NCBI GenBank assembly: GCA_026770705.1 | Contig: JANJGN010000037.1 | Span: forward strand, 1,178,001 to 1,242,000 | Source of the DNA: Isurus oxyrinchus | Taxonomy: Eukaryota | Length of the DNA stretch: 64,000 bases | Direction: 5' to 3' | Shown: piece by piece, positions 37,699 through 49,169 of the stretch | Position numbering within the stretch: position 1 is the stretch's first letter | Layout of the letters: every line of letters starts with the position of its first letter | The notes under the pieces: model-generated | Told to the model about the DNA's origin: nothing | What the model saw: only the letters and a program-made list of their open reading frames with translations | The model's database searches: none | Translations under genes and position numbers: made by a program

Positions 37699-39532
37699 GC
37701 GAAATGACGCCTAATAAACCCCCTTCTATACATTTGCATCCATGAACCGTTGAAATAAATGATCCTCTTGTGTACAGGCACTGAATATTCGGCCAGATAT
37801 GTAAAGATAGAAATGTAGTTTCTGTCATTAAAGTAAATGCCCAGTACATCAGATCAGGGACTGTTGTAACCTGACTGATACGAGTCACTTCAACCTAATA
37901 TCTGACATGTTTCTACACAATGTGAAAACCCACCGCAGAAAGACCGGAACATACAAGAATTTGGTAGCAAAAGGAAAACCCCTCCCAGCCCTCTAGAAGT
38001 ACCGGAACACAGCTAAAATGTGGTCAATTAAAATAAAACACTGGGGTTCCCCGCTCAGCTTGTCCTTTCTGTCAAGATTGAAACTGAGTGCAATCAGGCT
38101 CGCACATGAATCCACAAGTAAACACTTCCCTCATTTGTTGCATTAGAATAAATTCAGAGTCTCATGGCACGTAGAAACATTCTTTAAGCCTGACATTCAT
38201 TTTCATCACGTGTGTTGAGGTGATGCATTCTCTGCAATGACTTCCCGGGTGTTCAAACCTGTTCCTGATTTCCGGAACTGCCACCAGCTCGAGCGCGAAA
38301 AAAAAGCTGCATTAAGATGGGCTCAACCGGGACCTCACACATATTAACTCATTGGAAAATCCAAAGCGACCAACAAGCCTCCTGCGTAACAACAGCCAGT
38401 CAAGGAATCCTTTCATTCTCACACAAAGTGCAGCAATCATAAGCAAACGACATTTCATGCTGGAAGTATTTTCGAATGTTTTCGAAACCCCGGGGATGAC
38501 TCCAACCATTGGAGGGTTTCCCACCTTATTTCCTTTGACTTCAGTATTGCTGGGGTTCCTTGATGCCACGTTAGGTCAAAAGCTTCTTTGAACTCAAGTG
38601 CAGTCACTTGCACCTCACGTCTTGAGTTCGGCGGCTTTCTTCATATTTGGACCAAGGCTGCAATGAGGTCAGGAGCTGAGTGACACTGGCAGAAAACAAA
38701 CTGAGCTTCAGTGAGCGGGTTATGCTGAGTAAGTGTCACTTGATCGCACTGTCGAAGACATTTTCCCTCAGCTTCTTCATAAACTAGAGAAGACGGATGG
38801 GTCGGTTTTTGCCGCTTGGATTTTCCTGTTTACTTTTGTGGACAAGACATACCTGAGAAATTTCCCACATTGCCCGGTAGACGCCAGTCTTGTAGCTGTA
38901 ATGGAACAACTTGGCGAGGAACGAGACTATTTCTGGAGCACAGGTTTTCAGTACTGCTGCAGGAATGATGTCAGCGCCCAAAGCCTTTGCAGTTACCCGT
39001 GCCTTCAGCCATTTCTTGATTTCACTTGGAGTGAATGGAGCTGGCTGAACACTGACATCTGTGATGCATTTCCCCAGCTTTGTGCAAAAGCGGAACTGAG
39101 GGATTCACATACGTGGCTCTGTGAAACTCATTAGCTAAGTGGTGAAAGGTGACAGTGTTTATCACAAATGGGCTCCATTCATTCAGTCACAGATTTGGTG
39201 CAAAAGTAGACATGACCATGTGCCACACACACACATTTTTCTGATTTGCAGTTAGATGTGCTCCCGCTGTGACGCTTACATACTCATGAGGTGAGAAAGT
39301 GTAGGCGCTATCTGGTTGAGGTAATTGAGATGATTAATAGGTTTCAATGCGGAGAAACGATTTCCTCTGGTGGGGGAATACAGAACAAATAGATATTACC
39401 TTAAACTGAGAGTGAAGCTATTTAATAGCGACGTCAGGGAGCAATTCACTCAAAGGATGAAGAACGCTGTTTGTAGGACAATCCCTGTGTAGCGATTGGC
39501 CGAATTCTGGTTTGAAGAATGCACGTTTGTCA

Positions 39533-39605
39533 GCCGAAATAGCTCAGTTGGGAGAGCGTTAGGCTGAAAATCGAAACGTCCCTGGTTCAATCCTCGGTTT
39601 CGGCA
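39533..39605 (+). pseudogene. tRNA-Phe(GAA) pseudogene, unit 9
   Basis: ...GTTAGGCTGAAAATCGAAACGTCCCTGGTTCAATCCTCGGTTTCGGCA: about 6 substitutions disrupting the anticodon and T stems. Confidence 0.85.
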
Positions 39606-41039
39606 AGTCCGCTTACTTGAGCATCTTCCGTGTCTGCATGTGTTGTTCACTAGTTGATGTTGTGAATAATTTTTGTGGAGACTCAGTCCCACTTCTGAGG
39701 GTACAGGTGACTTGCCCTCCTCCAAAGCACGTGTGCAGCTCTGTACCCGCTGGTCCACGTTACTGGAATAACGATCAGTTTACCTTATTTTTCTTTGAAA
39801 AACATGTGAACAAGTGCTGGTAAACTCAGCTCCTATTAAACTATGCTAACAACCACGTAACTCTCATACGTTCCCAGCTTCTGATTCCTCAGTCAGTCAT
39901 TGAGATAATAAATCCTGAAAAATCCGTCTGTTGATCCATTTCAATGGTGCTGTTGTTAATATTAACCAGGGGAGCAGAATTGGAATTAATCCATTTGTTT
40001 ATTATTTTTTCTGCATTCCTGTACCTCTCTGTGATTAGATCAAGAATTGAGCTCACCTCAGTCATGCAGCCGACGGATCTCATGAGTATTACAAATAGTT
40101 ACTCTTTTCTTTTAAATTCAGATCAAAATTTAACATTGAAAACCAGGAAATTCTGCTTAACCTGCTCCAAGGGCACTTCTATGACTCATTGAAACTAATA
40201 ATTTGACCTTTCATTAAGCTCTTTGTGTGCAGCTGTTTCTGGGGGTCTTCCTCAGTCACGAATATTGGAATCGGATCTTAGTTTTCTGCATGTTTAGTGG
40301 GAAGCCCAATATGTCATCTGCTTTACAGAAGGACTCGACAGTGACCTGGAGCTAAGTTTCTGAGTGAGCACCCTGTTCCGTGCGGAATGGGAGGACTGCG
40401 CTGTTGGTCTAGTCCCACTACTCCACAGGTCGCAACATTTGCTCAAATGTTCATTTCACTCACCAAAATGGCCAATTATTTACCTTCACCACTGTTCCCG
40501 AGAACAAAAGAGAATTTAAAGTGGATTATTTCGATAAACAACAAATTCATTTGTTTATTATAAAAAAAACTATTCCCGAATAGAAAAGTAAAGCTTATCA
40601 ACATACAGTATTGAATATGAAATTATACAAATTAATTTTTCAACTTACCATAAGTCACACACACACACACACACGCGCTCTCCCTCTCTCACGATCACAC
40701 ACTCTCACACACAGACACACACACACTCATAATAGAAAACCATGACATAAAAAAGAGAAATAGGGGAAATTAAAGCAAAATACAGTGGATGCTGGAAATC
40801 TAAAACAAAAAGAGGAAATGCTGGAAAAATTCAACAGGTCTAACAGCATCTGTGGAGAGAAAAAAAAAATCAGAGTCAACATTTTGAGTCCTTATGACCC
40901 TTCTTCAGAAAGGGGGGATTTTGGCCAAACTTTAAATGTCAATGGATCAAGGCAAAGGACAAGGTGAGCAGTCCTTGAGATGGAGTCAGGGTTATACAAT
41001 CGCTCCCCCAGCACTGATCTGTAACACCAATGATTCTGG

Positions 41040-42124
41040 CACTCCTTTTCAGGTGGTCTCATGGAATAATCGAGAGCACTGTATTCCAGCATGTAGAGCA
41101 TCTCCAGAGTAGTTAATTCTAACTTCCGGCTGTGGACTGACTCTAGAGTGCAAAAGCGTCTCTCCCCTCTGAACCACTTTTCAGGATCCCACACCCTGAC
41201 AATTCAGTTTAAATCCACCCCAACAGCATTAGCAAAGCTCCTCGTGAGGATGCTGCTCCTGTTCCTGTTCCGATGTAACCTGTCCAACTTGTACAGGTCC
41301 CAATTCCAACAGAAACGGTCCCAATGTCCCAGGAATCTAAAGCCCTCCCACCTGCACCATCTCTCCAGCCACACATTCATCTACTCTGCCCTTCTGCTCC
41401 TACACTCACTCCTGTGTGGCACCCAGGGTAATCTGGAGATCACCACCTTTGAAGTCTTGCTTTTCAATTTCCTACCCAATTCCCTAAAGTCTGCTTGCAG
41501 GCCCTCATTTCTCTTTCTTCCTATGTAATTGGTCCCAACATGAACCATGGCCTCTGACCGATCACCCTCCCCCCTTCAGAATGCCCTGCAGCTGTTCCAT
41601 GACATCCTTAACCCTGTCACCTGGGATGCAACAGACAAACCTGGAGTCAGGCCTACAGTCACAGAAGCACCTGTTTCCTCCCTTCACTAACCAATCCCTT
41701 CCCACTATTGCCACTGTCCTCCCCCACTGAGCAGCTGGATCACCCACAGTGCCATGGCCTTGGCTCTGGTTGGCCTCCTCAGAGGAACCGTCACTCTCAC
41801 CGTTTTCCATCACCGACAAACAGTTTGCAAGTGTGGCGCACTCGGGGATTCCCTCACTACCTGCCTGGTCTCCTTCTTCTGTCTGGTGGTCACCCATTCC
41901 CTCTCTGCCTGCACCTCCTTCAGCTGCAGGGTGACCACCTCCTGAAACGTGCTATTCACGAGCCTCTGAGCCTCATGGATGCACCGTAGTGCCCTCATCT
42001 GCTGCTCAAGCTGCAAAACCAGGAGCTCGAGTTCCTCCAGTCGGAGGCACCTGCTGCACACATGGTCATCCAGACCGCCGGGAGAGTCTAGGATTTCCCA
42101 CATAGCGCAGGATGTGCAAATCAC
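41040..42124 (-). mobile_element. CR1-type LINE ORF1 (CxxC zinc finger/leucine zipper plus SGNH esterase), frameshifted
   Basis: ICTSCAMWEILD...HVCSRCLRLEELELLVLQLEQQ, followed in another frame by VAIVGRDWLVKG...VCCIPGDRVKDVMEQLQGILKG. Confidence 0.85.
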
Positions 42125-42204
42125 AGCACTGAGCTCCCCAGGCCTAACTTAACTAAATAGAATATGAACTCTTGCTTTTATTTTACCCTTACTCCTACTT
42201 GAGT

Positions 42205-42470
42205 CTCGCTGCTTTAACCTTCTCTCTCTCCCAGAGTATTGCTTGTTTATCCTCTCCCTCCGGAAGGGTCTGTGTTTTAACCTCCGTGTCCCAAAGTTTG
42301 CCATTTTAACATCTCTGTCCCGAATCATTGCTGTTTTAACCTCTCTGTCCCATTCCTCGCTGTTTTAACCTCTCTCCCCCGAAGTCTGTCTGTGTTAAGC
42401 TCTCTCACCCGAAGTCTCGCTGTTTTAAAATCACTCTCCGAATTCTCGCTGTTTTAACGTCACTCTCCCC
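42205..42470. repeat. ~30-bp degenerate tandem subrepeats (CTCGCTGTTTTAACCTCTCT...), probably the CR1 5' UTR
   Basis: About 9 imperfect copies of the GCTGTTTTAACCTCTC core, immediately upstream of the minus-strand ORF1. Confidence 0.7.
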
Positions 42471-42489
42471 TAGTCACTCTTCTCACTGT

Positions 42490-43900
42490 CAAACCGGTAT
42501 TCAGCATTGGAGACTGCTGGGAATGGTGACACCCTGAAGGAGTGCAGTCCAGGCCATGGCATCAATGGGCAAGAAATAGCACAGGTGGGAACAGCAATGA
42601 GTAGAAATGCAGTCATTATAGGAGATTTCATAGTAAAAGGGAACAGACAAACATTTCTGTGAGTCCTGCATGGTGTGTTCGCTCCTTGGTGCCAGAGTAA
42701 AGGACATCATGGAGAGGGTGCAGAATATTCTGCAGGGGGAAGTGAGTAAGCCAGAGGTTGTGGTACATGTCAGTGTCAATGATACAGGGGGATCAGGTAT
42801 TGAGGTTCCTCAGTCAGAATTTCAGCAGCTGGGGAGGGAATTAAAATATAGCACTTGAAGTGGGTAATCTCTGGATTACTGCCAGTGCCACGTCATAATG
42901 AGAGTAGAAATAAATAGGGAGCATCAATACAACGCTTGAGGCCAGTGCAGGAGGTGGGGGAGGAGCTTCAGATTCTTGGGACATTGGGGCCAGTTCCGGG
43001 ACAGGAAACAACTATTCAAAAGGAACAGGTTGCACCATGACAAGGCTGGGACCAATGTTCTCATCAGGAGGGTCACTTGTGAGGTTGGGGAGGGTTTGAA
43101 CAGAACTGGCGGGGGTGGGTGAGCACCACTATAAAGAAGTAGAAAAGAGGAATAACTAGAGAAGGAAGTAGAACCATATAAGATAGGAGTAGATGAAGAA
43201 GAAATCTAAGAGGAATACAAGGCCAGGTTTAGAATGCATGTGCGTAATCACACAAAGAGTGGTGAATAAAGCTGGTGAGCTAGAAGCACAAAGAGCCATG
43301 TGGGAAAATGATGTGGGGGCAATGATGAAAACGTGGTTTAAAAATGGTGAGGATCGGGTTCATATTCAAGGATACAAAGTGTTCAGAAAAGAGAGAGAGA
43401 GAAAAAAATGGAGTTGTGGTGAGAAAGAGATAGAGAAACAAATACGCAGAGAAATCACAGAGATGTATAAGAACTACAGAGTGGTGATATCTGGGGATTT
43501 CTGAAATGTGTTCAGGAGAACTTCCTCGACCAGAATGTTCTCAGTCCAGTTAGGAAGGAGGCATTGCTGGATCTGGTGCTGGGGAATGAGGTGGGCCAAG
43601 GTTGGCCATGTGAACCAAGTGTCTGTGGGTGAACCCTTGGGTAAGAGTGATTGGAAGGGAGTGAACTTCAATGGGAGGAGACGGGATTTAGCCAGGGTAA
43701 AATGAAACCAGAGACTGACAAGAAAAACTGTAACAGGGCAATGGGTGATCTTTCAGGAGGAGATGTTTCAGGTACAGACTTGGTACATTCCAGTAAGGGG
43801 GAAAGGGAGGGGAACAAAAGCCAATCCTCCTTGGATGATGAGGAAGATAGAAAATATGATGAAACAATGAAGAGGCCGTATGACGTACGTCAAATGAATT
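42490..43900 (+). mobile_element. Decayed CR1 LINE: ORF1 esterase and ORF2 APE endonuclease remnants
   Basis: VCSLLGARVKDIMERVQNILQGE..PEVVVHV.VND; VVNKAGELEA..TW..IQGYKVFRK; VVISGDF; FLDQNV.SP.RKEALLDLVLGNE. Confidence 0.8.
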
Positions 43901-44629
43901 CTTCAAGTGAGAACCAGGTCACTGCTATTGTATGAGAGTGTGGAATTAACTCTCTCTCTGTCCATCTCTGTTACTGTATGTGAATGTGGAATTAACTAAT
44001 TCCCGATATCTGTCAATCTGTATATGGATGCAAAATTAACTCTCTATCCGTCAGTCTCTATTGCTATGTTTCAGGGCAGAATTATGATAACTTTCTACCT
44101 ATCACTAAACATTAGTTTGTATGAGTATGGAATTAATTCAGTATCTGTCACCCTCATTACCGTTACTGTGTGTGAGTGCACAATTAACTCTCATCTGTCA
44201 GTATTTGTTCCTGAGTTTCAGTGTGGAATTACCTCTCTGTCCATCTTTGTTAGTGTGAGAGGGCAGAATTAATTCTGTATCTGGTATTCTATATTACTGT
44301 ATGTAAGCGGGGCATTAATTCTCTGCTCATCTCTGTTATTGCACGTGAGTGTGGAATTATTTGTCAGTCTTTGTTACTGTATATGAGTGCAACATTTCTT
44401 CCATTCGATGAGAGTAATTGAATACAGAATTAACTCTCTCTTTAATAGTCTCTGTTACTTTATGTGAGTGTGAATTAATTCTCTATCCTTTAGTCTCCAA
44501 TACTTTACTTTAGTGTGGCATTAGCACACTGTGAATCTCTGTTACTGTCTGAGTGTGGAATTTGCTCTCTGTCAATCTGTAATAATGTGAGTGTCATTAA
44601 CTCTCCATCCGTCATTCTCTGTTACTCTA

Positions 44630-46650
44630 TGGCAGTGGCTCACTTTCAAGTTAGCAAACTGTAACCAGTAGAGTGTCACAGGGATCAGTGCTGGGTTCTC
44701 AGCTATTTACAATCTATATTAATCACTCAGATGAATGGGGAGAGCATCACCAAATTTTCAGACAATACAGCGATAGGTGGGAAAGCAGGTTGTGAGGGAG
44801 ACACAAAGAGTCTGCAAGAGGATATAGAAAAGTTAAATCAGTGGGCAAACATTTGGCAGATTGAATTCAATGTGGGGAACTTTGATGGGAATAATAGAAA
44901 AACATAACATTATTCAAATGATATATACATTAATGGCCTAGACTGTGGTGTGCAGGGAGTTGAGGAAACTCAGAATTTGCAGATGATCAGAAGATTGGAA
45001 ACATCGTCAACTGTGAATGGGATAGTCTTGAACTTCAAAAGGACATAGACATGTTGCTGGATTGGGCAGGCAAGTGGCAGCTGAAGTTCAATGCAGAGAA
45101 GTGTCAGGTGATTCATTTCAGTAGGAGAAATATAGTGAGTCTGTATTAAATAAAGGGAGACCCTCTAAAGGAGGTGCAGGAACAGAGGGACCCGATTGTA
45201 TATGTACATAGGTCATTGCAGATGGTGGAGCATGTTGAGGGAGCTGGTAATAAAGCATATAGAATGTTAAGCTTTATTAACAGTGGCACTGAGTACAAGA
45301 TTCATCACTGTGAAGAGTAAGGAGGTCATGTTGAACTTGTATTGGTCGCTTTTTAGGCTTCATCTGGAGTACTGGGTCCAGTTCTGGGTGGCACACTTAA
45401 AGAAGGATGTGAAGGCATTGGAGACAGTACAGAGGAGATTCACAAGAATGATTCCAAGATAAAGAACTGTAGCTACGAGGATAGATTGGAGAGGTCGGGA
45501 CTGTTTTCCCTGGAGAAAAGAAATCTGAAAGGATACTTAATAGATGTATTCAAGATCCGGAGGGGCATGAACAGAGTAAATGATGAGAAACTGTTCTCAC
45601 TCAATAGAACATTAAGAACCAGAACGCACAGACTCAAAATAATTGGCAAAAGGAGTAAATGTGATGTGCGACAGACTCATGACATTTAATTTAAAATGTA
45701 AACTTTTTTCACCCAGAGGGTGGCTGGAGTCTGGAACAAACTTCCTCAAAGGGTGGTGGAGGCAGATTTGCTTGATATATTCAAAAGGGAATTGGTTTGC
45801 TACCTGAAAGGAAAGAACGTGCAAGGTTACGAGGAAAAGGGAGGAGAACGGGATGAGGTAGAAAGCTCTTTCAGAGAGCCAATGCAGACTTGATAGGCTG
45901 AATGGCCTCCTTCGATATTGTGGAGAGAGACTGCAGAATGTTGCAGTACAGAGGAATCAACATCTCCTTGTACATGAATCACTGCAGCAAGTAATTAGGA
46001 AGGTAAATGGAATGTTGGCCTTTAATCCAAGGGTGGTGTGGAGTATCAAAGTGGGGAAGTCTTGCTACAGCTACACAGCATTGGCGAGACTACACCAAAA
46101 GTACTGTGTTATATTGGAGTCTCTTTATTTAAAGGGGGATATAATTGCATAGGGGGCAGTTCAGAGAAGTTTGACTAAACTGATTCCTGAGATGAAGGAA
46201 TTGTCTTATGAGGAATGCTTAAGCAGGTTGGGCTGATCAGCATAGGAGTTTCGAAGAATGAGAGGTGATCTCATTGAAACATATGAGATTCTGAGGGGGT
46301 TTGACAGGGTAGATGTTGAGAGGATTGTTTCCATTTGTGGGGAAACTAGAACCAGAGGGCACAGTTCAAAAGCAAACATATCCCATTTAAGACGAAGATG
46401 AGAAGGAATTTCTTCTCTCAGAGCGTCATTAATCTTTATAATTCTCCACCTCAGAGAGCAGTGGAGGCTGGGTCATTGCATATATTCATGCCGAGTTAGA
46501 CAGAATTTTTCATCTACAGGAGAGTCAAGGGTTATAGGGCAGGTGGGAGAATGGGTTTGAGGCCACAATCAGATCAGCCATGGTCTCATTGAATGGTGAA
46601 GCTGGCCCGATGGGCTGAATGGCCTCCTCCTGCTTCTCTTTCTTATATTT
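44630..46650 (+). mobile_element. Nested CR1 ORF2 RT/3'-end fragments
   Basis: V.QGSVLG.QLFTIYIN and YINGLD..FADD motifs, LEY.VQFW and GDLIE motifs, and CR1 3' ends (GGCTGAATGGCCTCC) at ~45900 and ~46620. Confidence 0.9.
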
Positions 46651-47229
46651 TTTATTTGTCAGTGTGGAACTGACCCTCTGTCTGTCAGTCTCTTTGGCTG
46701 TATTTCAGTGTGGAGTTAATTCAGTCTGATCTGCATGTGAGGGTGGAATTGATTCTCTGTCCATCACTCACTGAATGTGAGTGTGCAATTTAAATCCCTG
46801 TCAGTCTCTTTTACGGTTATGAGAGTGGAACTAACTCTCAAACAGCCTATGATACTGTATATCAGTGTGGAATTCACTCTTTGTCAGCCTCAAGCTGTCT
46901 GAGAATATGGAATTAACACGTCAGTCTCTGTTACTGTATGTGAATGTGGAATTACCTCTCTATCGGTCAGTCTCGGTTACTGTGAGTGTGGAATTCTCTT
47001 TTCCAGTCTTTGTTATGACATCTGGGAGTACAATTAAGAACCTGCCAATTTCCATTAATATTTCAGTGAGGGATTAACTTACAACAACAGAGACTGAGAG
47101 AAATTAGTCATATTAGTCTGTCAATGTTAATGTGTGTGATTGAGGAATAAACAAATAATCTGTCAGCCTGTGTTACTGAGTGTGTGGAAATAACTCTCTA
47201 TCAGTCAGTCTCTGTTATTGTGAGTGTGA

Positions 47230-47710
47230 ATTCACAGAATCACAGAATTGTTATGCTATAGAAGAAGCCATTTGACCCATCGTGTCTGCACCGGCTCTCT
47301 GAGCATTTTAACTTAGTGCCAATCTCCTGCCTTTTCCCCATAACCCTGCACATTGTTTCTATTCAAATAATCATCCAATGCCCTCTTGAATGACTCAATT
47401 GAACCTGCCTCCAGCACACTTGCAGGCAGTGCATTCCAAAACCTAACGGCTCGCTGCTTCTTTTGCAAAACACTTTAAAACCATGCCCTCTGGTTCTCAA
47501 TCCATTTCCAAGCGAGAACAGTATCTCTATATCTACTCTGTCCACACACTTCATGACTTTGAAATCTTCTATCAAGTCTCCTCTTAGCCTTCTCTCTAAG
47601 GAATGCAGTCCAAACTTCTACAATCTTTCCTCATAACTGATGTGTCTCATCTCTGGAACCATTCTCGTAAACCTCTTCTGCACTCTCTCCAATGCATTCA
47701 GATCCTTCCC
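47230..47710 (-). mobile_element. CR1 3' fragment
   Basis: ORF IEDFKVMKCVDRVDIEILFSLGNGLRTRGHGFKV with a CACAGAAT-type terminal repeat at ~47233-47250. Confidence 0.85.
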
Positions 47711-48439
47711 ATTGTGTTAACCTTAACTTTCAATCTCTGTCATGTGTGCAAGTGCAGATTTAGCTTTCTACCCAATCATGTCAGTTACTGTACATGAGTG
47801 TGAAATTCACTCTTTGGATGATAATCTGTCACTGTAGGTGAATATAGAATTAACTCTGTCAGTTTCTGTCACTGTATCAGAGCATGGAATTGATTCTGTA
47901 TCTGTCAGTCTCTGTTACTGTATCAGGCCATGGAAATAACTCCTTTCAGGCTCTGCTACTTCAAGAAAGTTAATTCCACGCTCATCATCTGTCAATCTAT
48001 GTTACTGTATATGAGTACAATATTAACTATGAATCTCTGTCATGTAAGTGAAAAATTGAATCTCTATCATTTTGTCTCTGGTACTGTCTGTGAGTGTGGA
48101 ATTCGTACCTTACATGTCAACTTCTGTTGCTGTACATGAATGCGGAATTAATTCTGTACCTGTCAGCCTCAATTATACTGTGAGTGTGGTACTCATTCTC
48201 TGCCAGGCTCAGTTACTGTGAGTGGGTGTCAGATTAAATTCTGACAGTCTTGGTTGCTATGTGTGATTGTGGAATTGCCTTCCTGTCAATGTCTGTTACT
48301 GGATCTGAGTGTGAAATTAGCTCTCAGTTAAGAGTCTATCACTGTAAGTGAGTTTGAATAAAAAGTCAATAATATACATTACTGTATGTATGTGGAATTA
48401 ATTTTCTGTCATTCTCTGTTGTGGCTAGTGTGGCAGCAT

Positions 48440-48770
48440 AGACAGAGATACTTCTATTCCCATTCCATTGATGGAAAGGTAGAGGACCAATGGATGCAGA
48501 TTTAAGCTAATTGGCAAAATAAGCAATGGCAGCATGACGATAAACCTTGTCATGCAGTATGTGGATCGGAGAAGTGCCTGAGAATGTAGTAGAGGCCGGT
48601 TCAATCAAAGAATTCAAGAGAGAATTAGATTATTATCCAAAAACGAAAAATGTGCAGGGCTATGTGGAAAAGGCAGTGAAGTGGCAAGAGGTAATTTGCT
48701 CCCTCAGAAGGCCAGCATAGACATAATGGGCAAAATGGCCTCCTTCTGTGCTGTAATCATTCTATGACTC
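48440..48770 (+). mobile_element. CR1 3' fragment
   Basis: Decayed ORF2 tail ending GGGCAAAATGGCCTCCTTCTGTGCTGTAATCATTCTATGA. Confidence 0.75.
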
Positions 48771-49169
48771 AATGAATTAATTCTCTGTCAATCTAACAAT
48801 ATATGAGTGTGGGTGGAATTAACACTGTCTGTCACTCTCTGCTATTACATGTGAATGTGAAATCTACTTCCTGTCAGTCTCTGTTACTGTACAAGAAACA
48901 GTTAATAACCTTTTATCAGGAATGGTTGAGCACTACTGTTCTCAAAAGTACTCGCGGTTAAACCCATCACCTTCCCCGCTCTCTATTCTCCAGTTCTAAG
49001 TCAGCCAACAAGAACATACCTTCAAAGTAAGCGAGCAACGGCTTCCACCTGCAACATCCATTCCACTTCAAAAGTGTTCTTCATTTGTCTGTTTGAGTTT
49101 TGGACCATGGTTTTCTGAGCAACACCTGCAATAATTCACTGAAAACGTCGTGCGGATAGTGGCTACCTG

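Larger units (their letters stand above)
1..41020 (+). repeat. Tandem array of ~4.5-kb tRNA-containing units (9 units plus a partial 10th; continues off the left edge)
   Basis: The anchor AAAGCAAAATGATGGGG recurs with its ATG at 108, 4605, 9113, 13618, 18192, 22733, 27318, 31869 and 36464, and in diverged form at ~40780. The ORF track repeats with the same period. Similarity ends near 41020. Confidence 0.98.
43920..48900 (+). repeat. Degenerate ~35-40-bp minisatellite (GTCAGTCTCTGTTACTGTATGTGAGTGTGGAATTAACTCT) interrupted by CR1 insertions
   Basis: The motif recurs in blocks at ~43920-44630, 46660-47230, 47720-48420 and 48780-48900. Related blocks lie at ~53100-53420 and ~63420-63660. Confidence 0.8.

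Noticed and set aside
41040-46650. Intact autonomous retrotransposon or domesticated gene
   Set aside because: All ORF1 and ORF2 pieces carry stops, frameshifts and deletions.
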